From the NCBI GenBank assembly GCA_963842815.1, contig CAWJHU010000002.1, positions 44,513 to 108,512 on the forward strand: a stretch of DNA of 64,000 nt, in the 5' to 3' direction. This DNA comes from Candidatus Nomurabacteria bacterium (GTDB lineage: Bacteria; Patescibacteriota; Minisyncoccia; Phycocordibacterales; UBA9973). The position numbers were made by a program, and so were the translations under genes. Below, in pieces: positions 55,308 through 64,000 of this stretch; within the stretch, counting starts at the first letter, position 1; each line of letters starts with the position of its first letter. The notes below the pieces were generated by a model. It was not told the DNA's origin. It did not search any database and was given only the letters and a program-made list of their open reading frames with translations.

Positions 55308-56633
55308 ATGAGGATTTTTAATTGGACGAAAAAGAAGGTGGTTACAAGATTTGCCCCCAGCCCGACAGGGTATCTGCATTTAGGGGCATACAGGACGGCT
55401 ATTTTTTCTTACCTTTATGCTAAAAAACATAAAGGCATTTTTGTTCTTCGTATTGAAGATACGGACAAAGAACGATCCAAAAAAGAATATGAAGAAAATA
55501 TAATTGAAAGTTTAAGATGGCTTGGGATTCCTTATGACAAATTTTTCCGACAATCCGAACACATAGACATTCATAAAAAATATCTTGAAAGAATGATAAA
55601 AGAGGGAAGTGCATACCTTTCAAAAGAAGAAGCAAAAGACGGCAGTGGTGTCATAAAAGAACTAATCAGATTTAAGAATCCGAATATTAATGTTTCTTTT
55701 CAGGATGAGATAAAGGGAAAAGTTACGATGCATACCAAAGACTTGGGGGATTTTATAATCGCGAAAAATTTAAATGAGCCGTTGTTTCATTTGGCAGTGG
55801 TGGTGGATGATTTTGAAGCCGGCATCACCCATGTAATCAGAGGAGAAGACCATGTTTCCAATACCCCCCGTCAAATTCTGATTCAGCGGGCTATCGGCGC
55901 TCCTACTCCTATCTATGCCCACTTGCCGCTTGTTTTGGGTCCCGATAAATTAAAACTTTCAAAACGCCGGGGCGCGAAATCTATGACGGACTATCTGAAA
56001 CTCGGTTTTCTCCCGGAGGCAATTTTAAATGGCGTAGCTTTTGTGGGCTGGAATCCCGGGGGAGACAAAGAAATTTTTACCCATGATGAGCTGATAAAAG
56101 CCTTTGATTTTTCCGGAGTACAAAAAAGTCCGGCTATTTTTAGTGAAAAAAAACTGGAGTGGTTTAATAAAGAACACATAAAAATGCTTCCCCCGGAAGA
56201 AATTAAAAATAACGTTTATAAATATTTGCCAGAAAAATTAAAAATAGAAAAACTTATTCCAATCATCACGGAGAGAATTTCCAAATGGAGCGACGTGAAA
56301 GAAATGGTAGATAGGGGAGACCTAGACTTTTTTTATAAAAAACCGACATATGCAAAAGAAAAATTGATTTACAAAAACACACCGGCAGAAAAAATTTCTG
56401 AAAATTTAAAACGAGCAATAAATTCCTTGGGGAAATTAGAAGAAAAAAACTTTACAAACGAAAATATAAAAAATGCTCTAAAGCAAATTGCTGACAAGTT
56501 GGAAAATAGGGGAGAACTATTGCATCCGGTCAGATATGCGCTCTCCGGGTTGGAAAAATCTCCGGATCCATTCATTATTGCCGAGATTTTAGGAAAAAAT
56601 GAAACTTTATCACGACTACAAAAAGCGATTTAG
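55308..56633 (+). CDS. gltX: glutamate--tRNA ligase
   Basis: RFAPSPTGYLHLGAYRTAIF (HIGH region) and KLSKR (KMSKS variant). Confidence 0.93.
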   Translation: MRIFNWTKKKVVTRFAPSPTGYLHLGAYRTAIFSYLYAKKHKGIFVLRIEDTDKERSKKEYEENIIESLRWLGIPYDKFFRQSEHIDIHKKYLERMIKEGSAYLSKEEAKDGSGVIKELIRFKNPNINVSFQDEIKGKVTMHTKDLGDFIIAKNLNEPLFHLAVVVDDFEAGITHVIRGEDHVSNTPRQILIQRAIGAPTPIYAHLPLVLGPDKLKLSKRRGAKSMTDYLKLGFLPEAILNGVAFVGWNPGGDKEIFTHDELIKAFDFSGVQKSPAIFSEKKLEWFNKEHIKMLPPEEIKNNVYKYLPEKLKIEKLIPIITERISKWSDVKEMVDRGDLDFFYKKPTYAKEKLIYKNTPAEKISENLKRAINSLGKLEEKNFTNENIKNALKQIADKLENRGELLHPVRYALSGLEKSPDPFIIAEILGKNETLSRLQKAI

Positions 56634-57897
56634 AGTACTCCTTTTGATTTTTTTGGGGATTTTTATAATAATTCCTTTCGCTTTTTCTTCTGCTCAAACT
56701 GCCCAGGAATTAAATGACAAAATTAATCAAAGAAATACCGATATCGCTGCGTTGGAACAGGAAATTGCCCAGTACCAAACACAGCTTGATAGTTTAGGAC
56801 AACAGAAAGATTCTTTAAATGGTTCCATAAAACAGTTGGATTTGACTAGAAAAAAATTGATAGCCGACATGGCGGTTACCCAGAATAAAATAGACCAGAC
56901 AAATTTAAAGATACAAGAATTAAGCCTGCAAATAAACGACAAACAGGATATTATAATAAACAATATGGATGCCATATCTTTAGATATTAAACAGGTAAAC
57001 GAAATTGAACAAAGCGATATATTAGGAATAATGCTATCGGAAAATGATTTTACGGCCATTTGGAATGATATGGACAATATGGCTACCATCAATGATGCCA
57101 TTAGAGAAACAACAATCAAAGTAAAACAGACAAAAAGCGATTTGGAAAATACTAAAAAAGAGACAACAGATGCAAAAAATCAGCTTGTGGCCTTAAAAGG
57201 AAAACTTTCCGACCAGAAAAAGATAGTGGACCAAAATACGGCGGACAAAAACAAACTTTTAGCCCAGACAAAAAACAGCGAAGCCAATTATCAAAAATTA
57301 CTGAAAGACAGATTGGCCAAAAGAGATGCGTTTGAAAAAGAATTGACCGATTATGAATCGCAATTGCAATATGTGCTTAATCCTTCTCTGCTTCCGAAGG
57401 CGGGAATATTAAGCTGGCCACTTGATTATATCTATGTAACTCAATTTTTCGGTAAAACAGAAGCAGGGAAGCGGCTTTATGCGAATGGCACGCACAACGG
57501 CGTGGATTTCCGCGCTTCCATAGGCACACCCGTCAAAGCCATGGCCGATGGAACAGTTCTGGGTACTGGAGATACGGACATAACTTGCCCTGGCGCCTCT
57601 TTCGGAAGATTTGTTTTTATTCAATACAATAACGGACTCTCCAGCACCTATGGCCATCTTTCTCTAATCAAGGTTTACCAAGGGCAGAAAGTTTCGAGAG
57701 GAGAAGTAGTGGGTTATTCGGGAGATACCGGATATGCCACAGGTCCGCATCTACATGTATCGGTTTATGCTTCGGATGCCGTTAAAATGGAATCCAGAGC
57801 CAGCCAAGCCTGCGCAGGACGTATTTACACCATGCCCATAGCCCCCATGAACGGCTATCTTGACCCTATGTATTACTTGCCTCCTTATAATAAATAA
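56599..57897 (+). CDS. M23 family metallopeptidase with N-terminal coiled coil (murein hydrolase/activator type)
   Basis: Signal/TM segment and a long Gln/Lys-rich coiled coil. The C-terminal M23 motifs are HNGVDF and GDTGYATGPHLH. Confidence 0.8.
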   Translation: MKLYHDYKKRFRVLLLIFLGIFIIIPFAFSSAQTAQELNDKINQRNTDIAALEQEIAQYQTQLDSLGQQKDSLNGSIKQLDLTRKKLIADMAVTQNKIDQTNLKIQELSLQINDKQDIIINNMDAISLDIKQVNEIEQSDILGIMLSENDFTAIWNDMDNMATINDAIRETTIKVKQTKSDLENTKKETTDAKNQLVALKGKLSDQKKIVDQNTADKNKLLAQTKNSEANYQKLLKDRLAKRDAFEKELTDYESQLQYVLNPSLLPKAGILSWPLDYIYVTQFFGKTEAGKRLYANGTHNGVDFRASIGTPVKAMADGTVLGTGDTDITCPGASFGRFVFIQYNNGLSSTYGHLSLIKVYQGQKVSRGEVVGYSGDTGYATGPHLHVSVYASDAVKMESRASQACAGRIYTMPIAPMNGYLDPMYYLPPYNK

Positions 57898-58076
57898 TGG
57901 TAAAATAATAGAGTGAATATGAATATTAAAAATAAAGAAGGCGGATTTATTAAATTGATAATTCTTATAATCATAGTTTTGTTTTTGTTAAGTTATTTTC
58001 ATGTCACCATCGGCCAAGCCATAAACTGGCTTGTAACTACAATAAAAAGCGTTTTTTAATATTTCCTTAAATTAAA

Positions 58077-58403
58077 ATGGCCAATCTGTTTAAAAAAATA
58101 AAAGGAGGAATTAGCATCATTGGAATTTTAATTTTAGGATTTATTCTTATTCTGGTGCTCAGCTATTTTAAAATAAGTATCAAGTCGGTGGTGGAAAGCC
58201 CTACCGGACAAGAGAATATAAACTACGTCGGGGGAGGGACCAGGAATTTATGGAACGACTATCTAGCCCAGCCGGCAGCCTACCTTTGGAATGATATTTT
58301 TATAAATATTTTTTGGAAATCTTTTGTTAATAATATGGAGCGAATCAGAGATGGCCAGCCAACAGATTATCAAATTAACGCTCCTACCTTTAATCGTCAA
58401 TAG
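58077..58403 (+). CDS. hypothetical small membrane protein
   Basis: 108 aa with one TM helix. Confidence 0.4.
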   Translation: MANLFKKIKGGISIIGILILGFILILVLSYFKISIKSVVESPTGQENINYVGGGTRNLWNDYLAQPAAYLWNDIFINIFWKSFVNNMERIRDGQPTDYQINAPTFNRQ

Positions 58404-58474
58404 GGAATAGTCTTCCAGGCCTATTCATTGAATTGATAGCACGTCGCACAATATATCTTTTGAGACACTATGAA

Positions 58475-58867
58475 CTATTTACACGAATTGGAAAGCTCAT
58501 AGCCGGCTTTTTCGGCCTCGGTGGATGTGGCAAAGTATATTCTATTTTCTTGTTTGATAGTTTTTCCAGCACTGCAACTCACGGAATAATATTTAGTCCC
58601 CTTGCTTGAGGCAAAGAAATTTTTTTCTGAAGTTGAACTTGCAGCATTTTGTGAAATATTTTGATTAAAAGATAAATCTGGCCCATTTTGCGCAGATTCC
58701 AGAGCATTAGCCTCTTGGCCGGTATATTCCACTTTTATGCCTGTGTTTGTGCTTTCTTTGGATAGTCTGCCTAGCTCAAATGAGCCCAAACCGACCAAAA
58801 TTATGATAATGATGACCAAAACGTCTTTGCCTTTGTCGCTTTCAATAAATAACTTGATTTTTTCCAT
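58475..58867 (-). CDS. hypothetical membrane-anchored protein with C-terminal Cys pair
   Basis: 130 aa with an N-terminal TM helix. The C-terminal motif is KYYSVSCSAGKTIKQENRIYFATSTEAEKAGYELSNSC. Confidence 0.4.
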   Translation of the reverse strand: MEKIKLFIESDKGKDVLVIIIIILVGLGSFELGRLSKESTNTGIKVEYTGQEANALESAQNGPDLSFNQNISQNAASSTSEKNFFASSKGTKYYSVSCSAGKTIKQENRIYFATSTEAEKAGYELSNSCK

Positions 58868-58956
58868 ATAATCGTTTATACTCTTGTTTAATTGGTTTAT
58901 AAATAGATTTTAACATTAAAAAATTAATCTCGCCATGGCGGGAGAAGTAAAAATAT

Positions 58957-59229
58957 ATGGCACATAGAAAAGCCGGCGGAACAGCCAAAAACTTAAGAGA
59001 TTCCAATCCAAAATATCTGGGTACTAAAATTGCCGATGGCCAGAAAGCGCAAGCAGGCTCTATAATCATCCGTCAGCGTGGCACAGTCATTATGGCTGGC
59101 AACAACGTATCCATGGGGCGCGACCACACTTTATTCGCTCTGAAGCCCGGCACAGTCAAATTCGGCTCAAGACGCAAAATCTCTTTTAATGGCAAGACCA
59201 TGGTAAAAAAGACTGTAAGCGTAGTCTAA
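58957..59229 (+). CDS. rpmA: 50S ribosomal protein L27
   Basis: [43 protein letters not shown]. Confidence 0.92.
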   Translation: MAHRKAGGTAKNLRDSNPKYLGTKIADGQKAQAGSIIIRQRGTVIMAGNNVSMGRDHTLFALKPGTVKFGSRRKISFNGKTMVKKTVSVV

Positions 59230-59264
59230 AAAGCAAAACAAAAATCCCCTTCTGAGGGGATTTT

Positions 59265-59708
59265 TTATATTTTTTCTACTATAAGTTTGAATGAAGATTT
59301 TTTATTTTTTATAATAATTGGAATTTCAAATTCCCCTATTTCTTTAATGGGTTTTTCCAGGGCAATAAATTTTTCATCTATTTGCACATGGCTTTCTTTA
59401 CTCATGGCTTCCACCAGCATTTTTTCATGAATAGCGGAAAAAAGATGGCCTTTTTCATCTGCCTTTGCCTTGATGGTAATAGTCTTGTCTTTTATCTCTT
59501 CTAAATTTTTTGCCAGAAGTTCTTCCTGCACTTCCCTTTCAATGACTATTTCTTTTTTATGCCTTTCAACTTCTGCCATTGCTTTTGAAGTTGCCAAAGT
59601 TGCCCATTTTTTGGGAAATAAGAAATTCAGAGCATAGCCGTCATTTACTTCTTTGATGTCGTATTTTTTGCCTACTCTGGGCACGTCTTGTAAAAAAATT
59701 ACTTTCAT
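59265..59708 (-). CDS. rplI: 50S ribosomal protein L9
   Basis: [34 protein letters not shown]. Confidence 0.9.
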   Translation of the reverse strand: MKVIFLQDVPRVGKKYDIKEVNDGYALNFLFPKKWATLATSKAMAEVERHKKEIVIEREVQEELLAKNLEEIKDKTITIKAKADEKGHLFSAIHEKMLVEAMSKESHVQIDEKFIALEKPIKEIGEFEIPIIIKNKKSSFKLIVEKI

Positions 59709-59725
59709 TCCGTTTTTTTATTTCT

Positions 59726-60967
59726 TTATTTTTTAAAACCCGGCCAATTATTTAATAAATCTACGGCTTTATTTAATTGCGAATCATTTTTTGCAATCAA
59801 GTCTTTGGGGCTAATGGATACTTTATAATCAGGGGTTAATCCTTTTTCCGAAATAGAATTACCATTGGGAGTTAGCCATCTGGCCACTGTAATTTTTAGA
59901 GTGGTATCCGGTGTCACATTCAGGAGTTCTTGTACGGAACCTTTGCCATAACTTTGTTCCCCCACCAATAAAGCTTTTTTGTAATCCTGCATCGCCCCGG
60001 CTAAAATTTCAGAAGCCGAAGCTGAACCGCTGTCTATTAAAATCACGAATTTTAATTTATCAGTAAATATATTGTAGCCCTGACTTCTGTATATTTTTGG
60101 ATTTAAATTATTTCCATAATCTTCCGTGACCACGGGCTTTCCTCCCTCCAGGAACCAACTGGACATGCTGACGGCCGCATCCAAGTATCCTCCGGGATTC
60201 CCTCTCAAATCAAGCAGAAGCTTATCGGAGCCGGAGGTGGAAAATTCTTTAAGTGCATCGCGGAAAAGATTGGCTGAATTCGCGGAGAAGCTATAAAGTT
60301 TTATTACAAAAATACCATCTTTTCTCAACTCCGTATCAAGGGTGGGTATATTTATAACATCCCGTACGATTTTTATTTCTTTGGGTTCTTTGTCCCCATT
60401 GCGGAAAATTGTCAGTGTCACGGTGGTTCCGGCGGGTCCTCGAATCAAACTTATTGCTTTTTCAATACTCAAACCGGAAGTTGTCATTTTATCTATTTTT
60501 AAAATTGAGTCGCCCGGTTTTATGTTGGCTTTGTAGGCAGGAGTATCTTTCAAAGGAGCAATTACGGTGAGTATTTTATCTTTTATTCCCACTTCCATAC
60601 CCACTCCTTCAAAATTTCCCTCTATGTCGCTTTGAAATAGTTTTGCCTGGTCTGGAGTAAAGAACACGCTGTAGGGGTCATTTAGAGAGCCCACAAGCCC
60701 GGAAATAGCCCCGTAGACCTTGTCCTGGTCAGTTATCTTCCCGGCACTTGGATATTTTTCATTAATATCATTCCAAACTTTCCAAAAAGGAGAAAAATCA
60801 ACCTGAGTGGTTACTGCTGTTTCTTTGCCGGATACATTGACAACTTTATCAATTTCTGGCCTATTATGAAATCCCACATAAATACCAAAACCAAAGAAAA
60901 TGGCCACAAGTAAAATGGTAGCCGAGGCTTGCCTTGTTTTAAAATATTCTAAAATATGATTCTTCAT
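59726..60967 (-). CDS. carboxyl-terminal processing protease (S41) with PDZ domain
   Basis: N-terminal TM helix, a PDZ domain, the S41 catalytic region ...LIDSGSASASEILAGA..., and a Lys dyad. Confidence 0.85.
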   Translation of the reverse strand: MKNHILEYFKTRQASATILLVAIFFGFGIYVGFHNRPEIDKVVNVSGKETAVTTQVDFSPFWKVWNDINEKYPSAGKITDQDKVYGAISGLVGSLNDPYSVFFTPDQAKLFQSDIEGNFEGVGMEVGIKDKILTVIAPLKDTPAYKANIKPGDSILKIDKMTTSGLSIEKAISLIRGPAGTTVTLTIFRNGDKEPKEIKIVRDVINIPTLDTELRKDGIFVIKLYSFSANSANLFRDALKEFSTSGSDKLLLDLRGNPGGYLDAAVSMSSWFLEGGKPVVTEDYGNNLNPKIYRSQGYNIFTDKLKFVILIDSGSASASEILAGAMQDYKKALLVGEQSYGKGSVQELLNVTPDTTLKITVARWLTPNGNSISEKGLTPDYKVSISPKDLIAKNDSQLNKAVDLLNNWPGFKK

Positions 60968-60971
60968 TAAA

Positions 60972-61268
60972 TTATTTTATTTCTTCCTTGTTTAAATCCG
61001 AATTTTCCGGTTTTATTTCACTTCCGCCGAAATCATGATTTTCGGAAAAATTGTCAAAGGTTTTTTCTTTTGCCTCCCCTGCTTTTAAATCCACATACAA
61101 CATATAACTAAAATAAATGAGCGCCAGGTCGGAAATAGTAAATAAAATATTTTTAAAGGAATATGGAAAACCCAAATATCCCAGTATTGTCACCCAAATG
61201 CTCAATCCTAAAATTATTTTCACTTTTTTCATCTCCATATTATACCCTAGAAGCTTATGAAAAATCAA
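60972..61268 (-). CDS. small membrane protein, hypothetical
   Basis: 98 aa with two TM helices. Confidence 0.35.
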   Translation of the reverse strand: MIFHKLLGYNMEMKKVKIILGLSIWVTILGYLGFPYSFKNILFTISDLALIYFSYMLYVDLKAGEAKEKTFDNFSENHDFGGSEIKPENSDLNKEEIK

Positions 61269-61284
61269 GAAAAAGATTTTTCTT

Positions 61285-62979
61285 TTATTTGAAATACTCA
61301 GGGGTGTTTATGGACATCCAGTCCAGAAGCTGGCGCATTACAGAGGATGCGCTGACGCTTCCCGAAGAAGGACCGCCTTCTATCATTATGGTAAATGCAT
61401 ATCTAGGATTTTCATAGGGGAAAAATCCGATAATCCAGGAATTAACTTTACTTTTACTTATGCCCACCTGAGCCGTACCGGTTTTGGAAGCAACTTGCAC
61501 GTAGGGCACATTAACCGCCGTAGAAGTTCCCACCAGAACACTTTGTCTCATCCCGTTATGAACCACATCGAAATATTCTTTTTTCAAATTTATATTTGTA
61601 AGTTCTTTTTCTTTTTCGGTATCTCCTAAAATATAATGCGGAGTAACAAGGGTGCCATCATTGGCAATGGCGGATACTGCCCGGGCCATTTCCATGGGAG
61701 TTACTTGGAACCCGTATTGTCCAATGACAGTATGATAGGTATCTCCAACCCGCCAAGGTTCACCATTGAAATTTTTTATTTTCCACAAAGGACTGGGAAC
61801 TACCCCTCCTGCTTCATCCGGCAAATCTACTCCTGTTTTTTCACCGATGCCAAAAAGGTCCGCATATTTTTCAATATTTACTATGCCCAGCCCTTTTTGA
61901 TTTTCATATCCCCCGCCGATTTCATAAAAATAAACGTCGCTGGATACGGCCAATGCCTGCACCATATTCACCCAACCCTGGGCTCTCCAGTCTTTAAAAA
62001 CAGTTTCTTGGCCGGGGAAATATGGATTGGGAATAGAAATGGAACCCGTAGATAATATTTTTGTAAGCGGGTCAATCACGCCTTCTGCCAACGCTCCGAT
62101 GGCGAAGAATGGTTTAACGATGGAACCCGGCGTATATAAACCCGAAATGGTTCTGTCCATAAAAACTTTTCTTTTGTCGATTAAATAATTTTGAATCGTT
62201 TTTGCATCTTTTCCCTGTGAAAGAATTTCTGAATTATATTCCGGGAAACTGACGGAAGTTAATATTTCGCCATTATTAACGTCCATTAATATGCCTGCCC
62301 CTCCCGAAAAAGAATTACTTTGGGATAAATTTTTAATAATGGCAAATAATTCCGTTTGAATCCGGGAATCAATTGTCGTGACCAGGTCGGCTCCGCGCTT
62401 GGGCGCATTGACGATATTTTCCGAACGAACTACCCTTTGGGCGTCCACTTCCACTATTTTTGACCCATTTTCCCCTTTCAATGATTCATTATATTGTTTT
62501 TCCAATCCGTCTTTTCCTATAAACTCGCTTTGCCAATAATTCCCTGATTTGTCCTGCATGGGGTAGCTCACATAACCCAGAAGATGCGAAAATCCGGGAG
62601 ATAAATATTCGCGAAGGGAGGTGGGAGAATCTTCGCTTTTTGCGTTCCAAACAAGTTCCGTTTTGTTTCTATCGTAAATAATTCCCCTGTCGCTGAAAAT
62701 AATCTGTTTTTCCAGAACATTATTTTGGCTTCTATTTAAGTATGCCTGACCCTTTTGTATTTGAAGAAAGCCAAGTCTGGCTGAAAAAGCTCCTAAAAAT
62801 ATTAAGAAAAAGATGCCGAGAAAAAAAATAATTTTTTTAGAAATGGGTTTTTCTATTCGGCCTTCAAATTGCTGGCGGTCGAAATTTTGCAGATTTTTGG
62901 AATCTAGAAAAATTTCATCGGGTTCCACGAAAAAATTTGCATTCTTGATTTTTTGTTTATTTAATCTTTTTCTAGTCAT
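61285..62979 (-). CDS. penicillin-binding protein 2 / FtsI-family D,D-transpeptidase
   Basis: N-terminal TM helix, a dimerisation domain, and a transpeptidase domain with an SxxK-type motif (GSIVKPF), SxN, and KTGTA. Confidence 0.88.
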   Translation of the reverse strand: MTRKRLNKQKIKNANFFVEPDEIFLDSKNLQNFDRQQFEGRIEKPISKKIIFFLGIFFLIFLGAFSARLGFLQIQKGQAYLNRSQNNVLEKQIIFSDRGIIYDRNKTELVWNAKSEDSPTSLREYLSPGFSHLLGYVSYPMQDKSGNYWQSEFIGKDGLEKQYNESLKGENGSKIVEVDAQRVVRSENIVNAPKRGADLVTTIDSRIQTELFAIIKNLSQSNSFSGGAGILMDVNNGEILTSVSFPEYNSEILSQGKDAKTIQNYLIDKRKVFMDRTISGLYTPGSIVKPFFAIGALAEGVIDPLTKILSTGSISIPNPYFPGQETVFKDWRAQGWVNMVQALAVSSDVYFYEIGGGYENQKGLGIVNIEKYADLFGIGEKTGVDLPDEAGGVVPSPLWKIKNFNGEPWRVGDTYHTVIGQYGFQVTPMEMARAVSAIANDGTLVTPHYILGDTEKEKELTNINLKKEYFDVVHNGMRQSVLVGTSTAVNVPYVQVASKTGTAQVGISKSKVNSWIIGFFPYENPRYAFTIMIEGGPSSGSVSASSVMRQLLDWMSINTPEYFK

Positions 62980-63247
62980 AATTTATTTTTGAAATTCTGA
63001 ATTTCTTTTTTGATAGTTCTATTATTATCAAAGCGAAGAAAGAAATAATTAGAGAAACAAAAAAGATATTGGAAAATCTGGCCTCTCCTGCTCCGTACAG
63101 CAAATCCGAAAGTAAAAACAAAACGACGCTTTCCCAGAAAAAAGAGAAATAAATCATCCCTCCCAAGGCCAACAGAACAGACAGCCAAAAAGGCATAAAA
63201 AGTATGGATAATAGCAGCACTAGAGAAGCGAGGATTCGTAATAGCAT
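62972..63247 (-). CDS. small polytopic membrane protein (possibly MreD-like)
   Basis: 91 aa with three TM helices, immediately upstream of the PBP gene on the same strand. Confidence 0.3.
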   Translation of the reverse strand: MLLRILASLVLLLSILFMPFWLSVLLALGGMIYFSFFWESVVLFLLSDLLYGAGEARFSNIFFVSLIISFFALIIIELSKKKFRISKINYD

Positions 63248-63270
63248 AATCCTATTTTACACGCTTAAAT

Positions 63271-63999
63271 TTAAAATACAATATTCCAAATAAAGCGCAG
63301 AATAAAGAAAACAGCAAGAATTATTATGCCATAAAATAAAACTTTATTATTTAAAATAAATGAAGCGACGGAAAAGAAAAACAATTCTACGTACTTAAAT
63401 GGCTTCAATAAAGAACTGGGCGCCGTCGTTGAATTGGCCGGGGTTTTCGCGTTGTCCAAAGCTTTTATCTCATTTTTTATTTCTCCTTGTTTATTATCCG
63501 AAGCGATATTCGTATTTGTGCGAAATTCTTCCAGCGTATTTACGGCAGAAGTAATGGGCTCAGTAATTGAGCTCGGTGTTTTTTCTGCTATGGATTTTAC
63601 GTCTGAAACCAGGGAAGAAATATTATTGCCTATTTGGGAAACGGAATTTGCATCGGTGGTGCCGGGAACTATTTTCTTGGAAACAGTGCGGGAGCTTTTT
63701 TGGGTCTGATTTTCTGTTAAAGAAACTGCTTGATAGTTTCCAGCGGACACCAAAAACTTGGCGTTTTCAATTTCTCCGAAGATGCTATGGTCTCCGGCGG
63801 TTACTGTCCAGCTAACAGAAACGGCATTTGTGGCGTTTGCCGCCACTGTAAAATCTTTTTTACCCAATAAAACCGTATTATCAAAAAAATTCACAGTGCC
63901 GGATAATTGTCTTGTGTCCGGATTAAAAATCAACGTATAAATCTTTATCTTGTCCCCTTCTTCAAAGGGGTCTTTGGAATACCAAATATTGGCCGGCAC
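63271..63999 (-). CDS. hypothetical protein with C-terminal TM anchor; 5' end runs off the window
   Basis: The ORF reaches the window edge and the first codon in the window is GTG. It is Thr/Ser/Asn-rich and has C-terminal hydrophobic helices. Confidence 0.35.
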   Translation of the reverse strand: MPANIWYSKDPFEEGDKIKIYTLIFNPDTRQLSGTVNFFDNTVLLGKKDFTVAANATNAVSVSWTVTAGDHSIFGEIENAKFLVSAGNYQAVSLTENQTQKSSRTVSKKIVPGTTDANSVSQIGNNISSLVSDVKSIAEKTPSSITEPITSAVNTLEEFRTNTNIASDNKQGEIKNEIKALDNAKTPANSTTAPSSLLKPFKYVELFFFSVASFILNNKVLFYGIIILAVFFILRFIWNIVF

Positions 64000-64000
64000 A

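Overview
This is an AT-rich window (roughly 35-40% GC by eye) with tightly packed, mostly plus-strand genes. Several housekeeping proteins are in minimal forms: a short AlaRS, a minimal DnaJ, and an IF-1 carrying an insertion. Together with the many lineage-specific hypothetical proteins, this suggests a small-genome, CPR/Patescibacteria-like bacterium. The housekeeping backbone comprises: tRNA-Tyr, typA, mltG, mnmA, alaS, infA-rpmJ-rpsM-rpsK-rpsD-rpoA-rplQ-rplM-rpsI, grpE, dnaK and a short dnaJ, cysS, rplU, recR, dnaB, trpS, aspS, pepA, scpA and scpB, a dcw-like block (dacA-like, mraY, ftsW, murG), gltX, an M23 peptidase, rpmA, rplI, ctpA, and a PBP2/FtsI-type transpeptidase. The most notable non-housekeeping features follow. 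(1) A diversity-generating-retroelement-like pair. A ~130-nt variable repeat sits at the 3' end of a 610-aa hypothetical gene (10803..12635). A non-coding template-like repeat lies ~370 bp downstream (13008..13140). The two copies differ at 24 positions plus one 3-nt indel, and every substitution is at an adenine of the downstream copy. No reverse transcriptase is present in the window. (2) Three paralogous ~575-aa cysteine-rich multi-zinc-ribbon proteins. Two are each preceded by paralogous FtsK/HerA/T4CP-like P-loop ATPases. All are interleaved between grpE, dnaK and dnaJ. (3) Two copies of an 84-bp in-frame palindromic element inserted at different sites within mnmA. (4) A ~115-125-bp intergenic repeat family with inverted-repeat ends, present as two full copies and one partial copy. 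(5) A DUF2075 ATPase fused to a LexA-like S24 peptidase, next to a DUF3800 gene. (6) Apparent frameshifts in rpoA (one) and rplM (at least two to three), clustered within ~1.3 kb (18326..19460). (7) Several promoters placed such that the predicted transcripts are leaderless.
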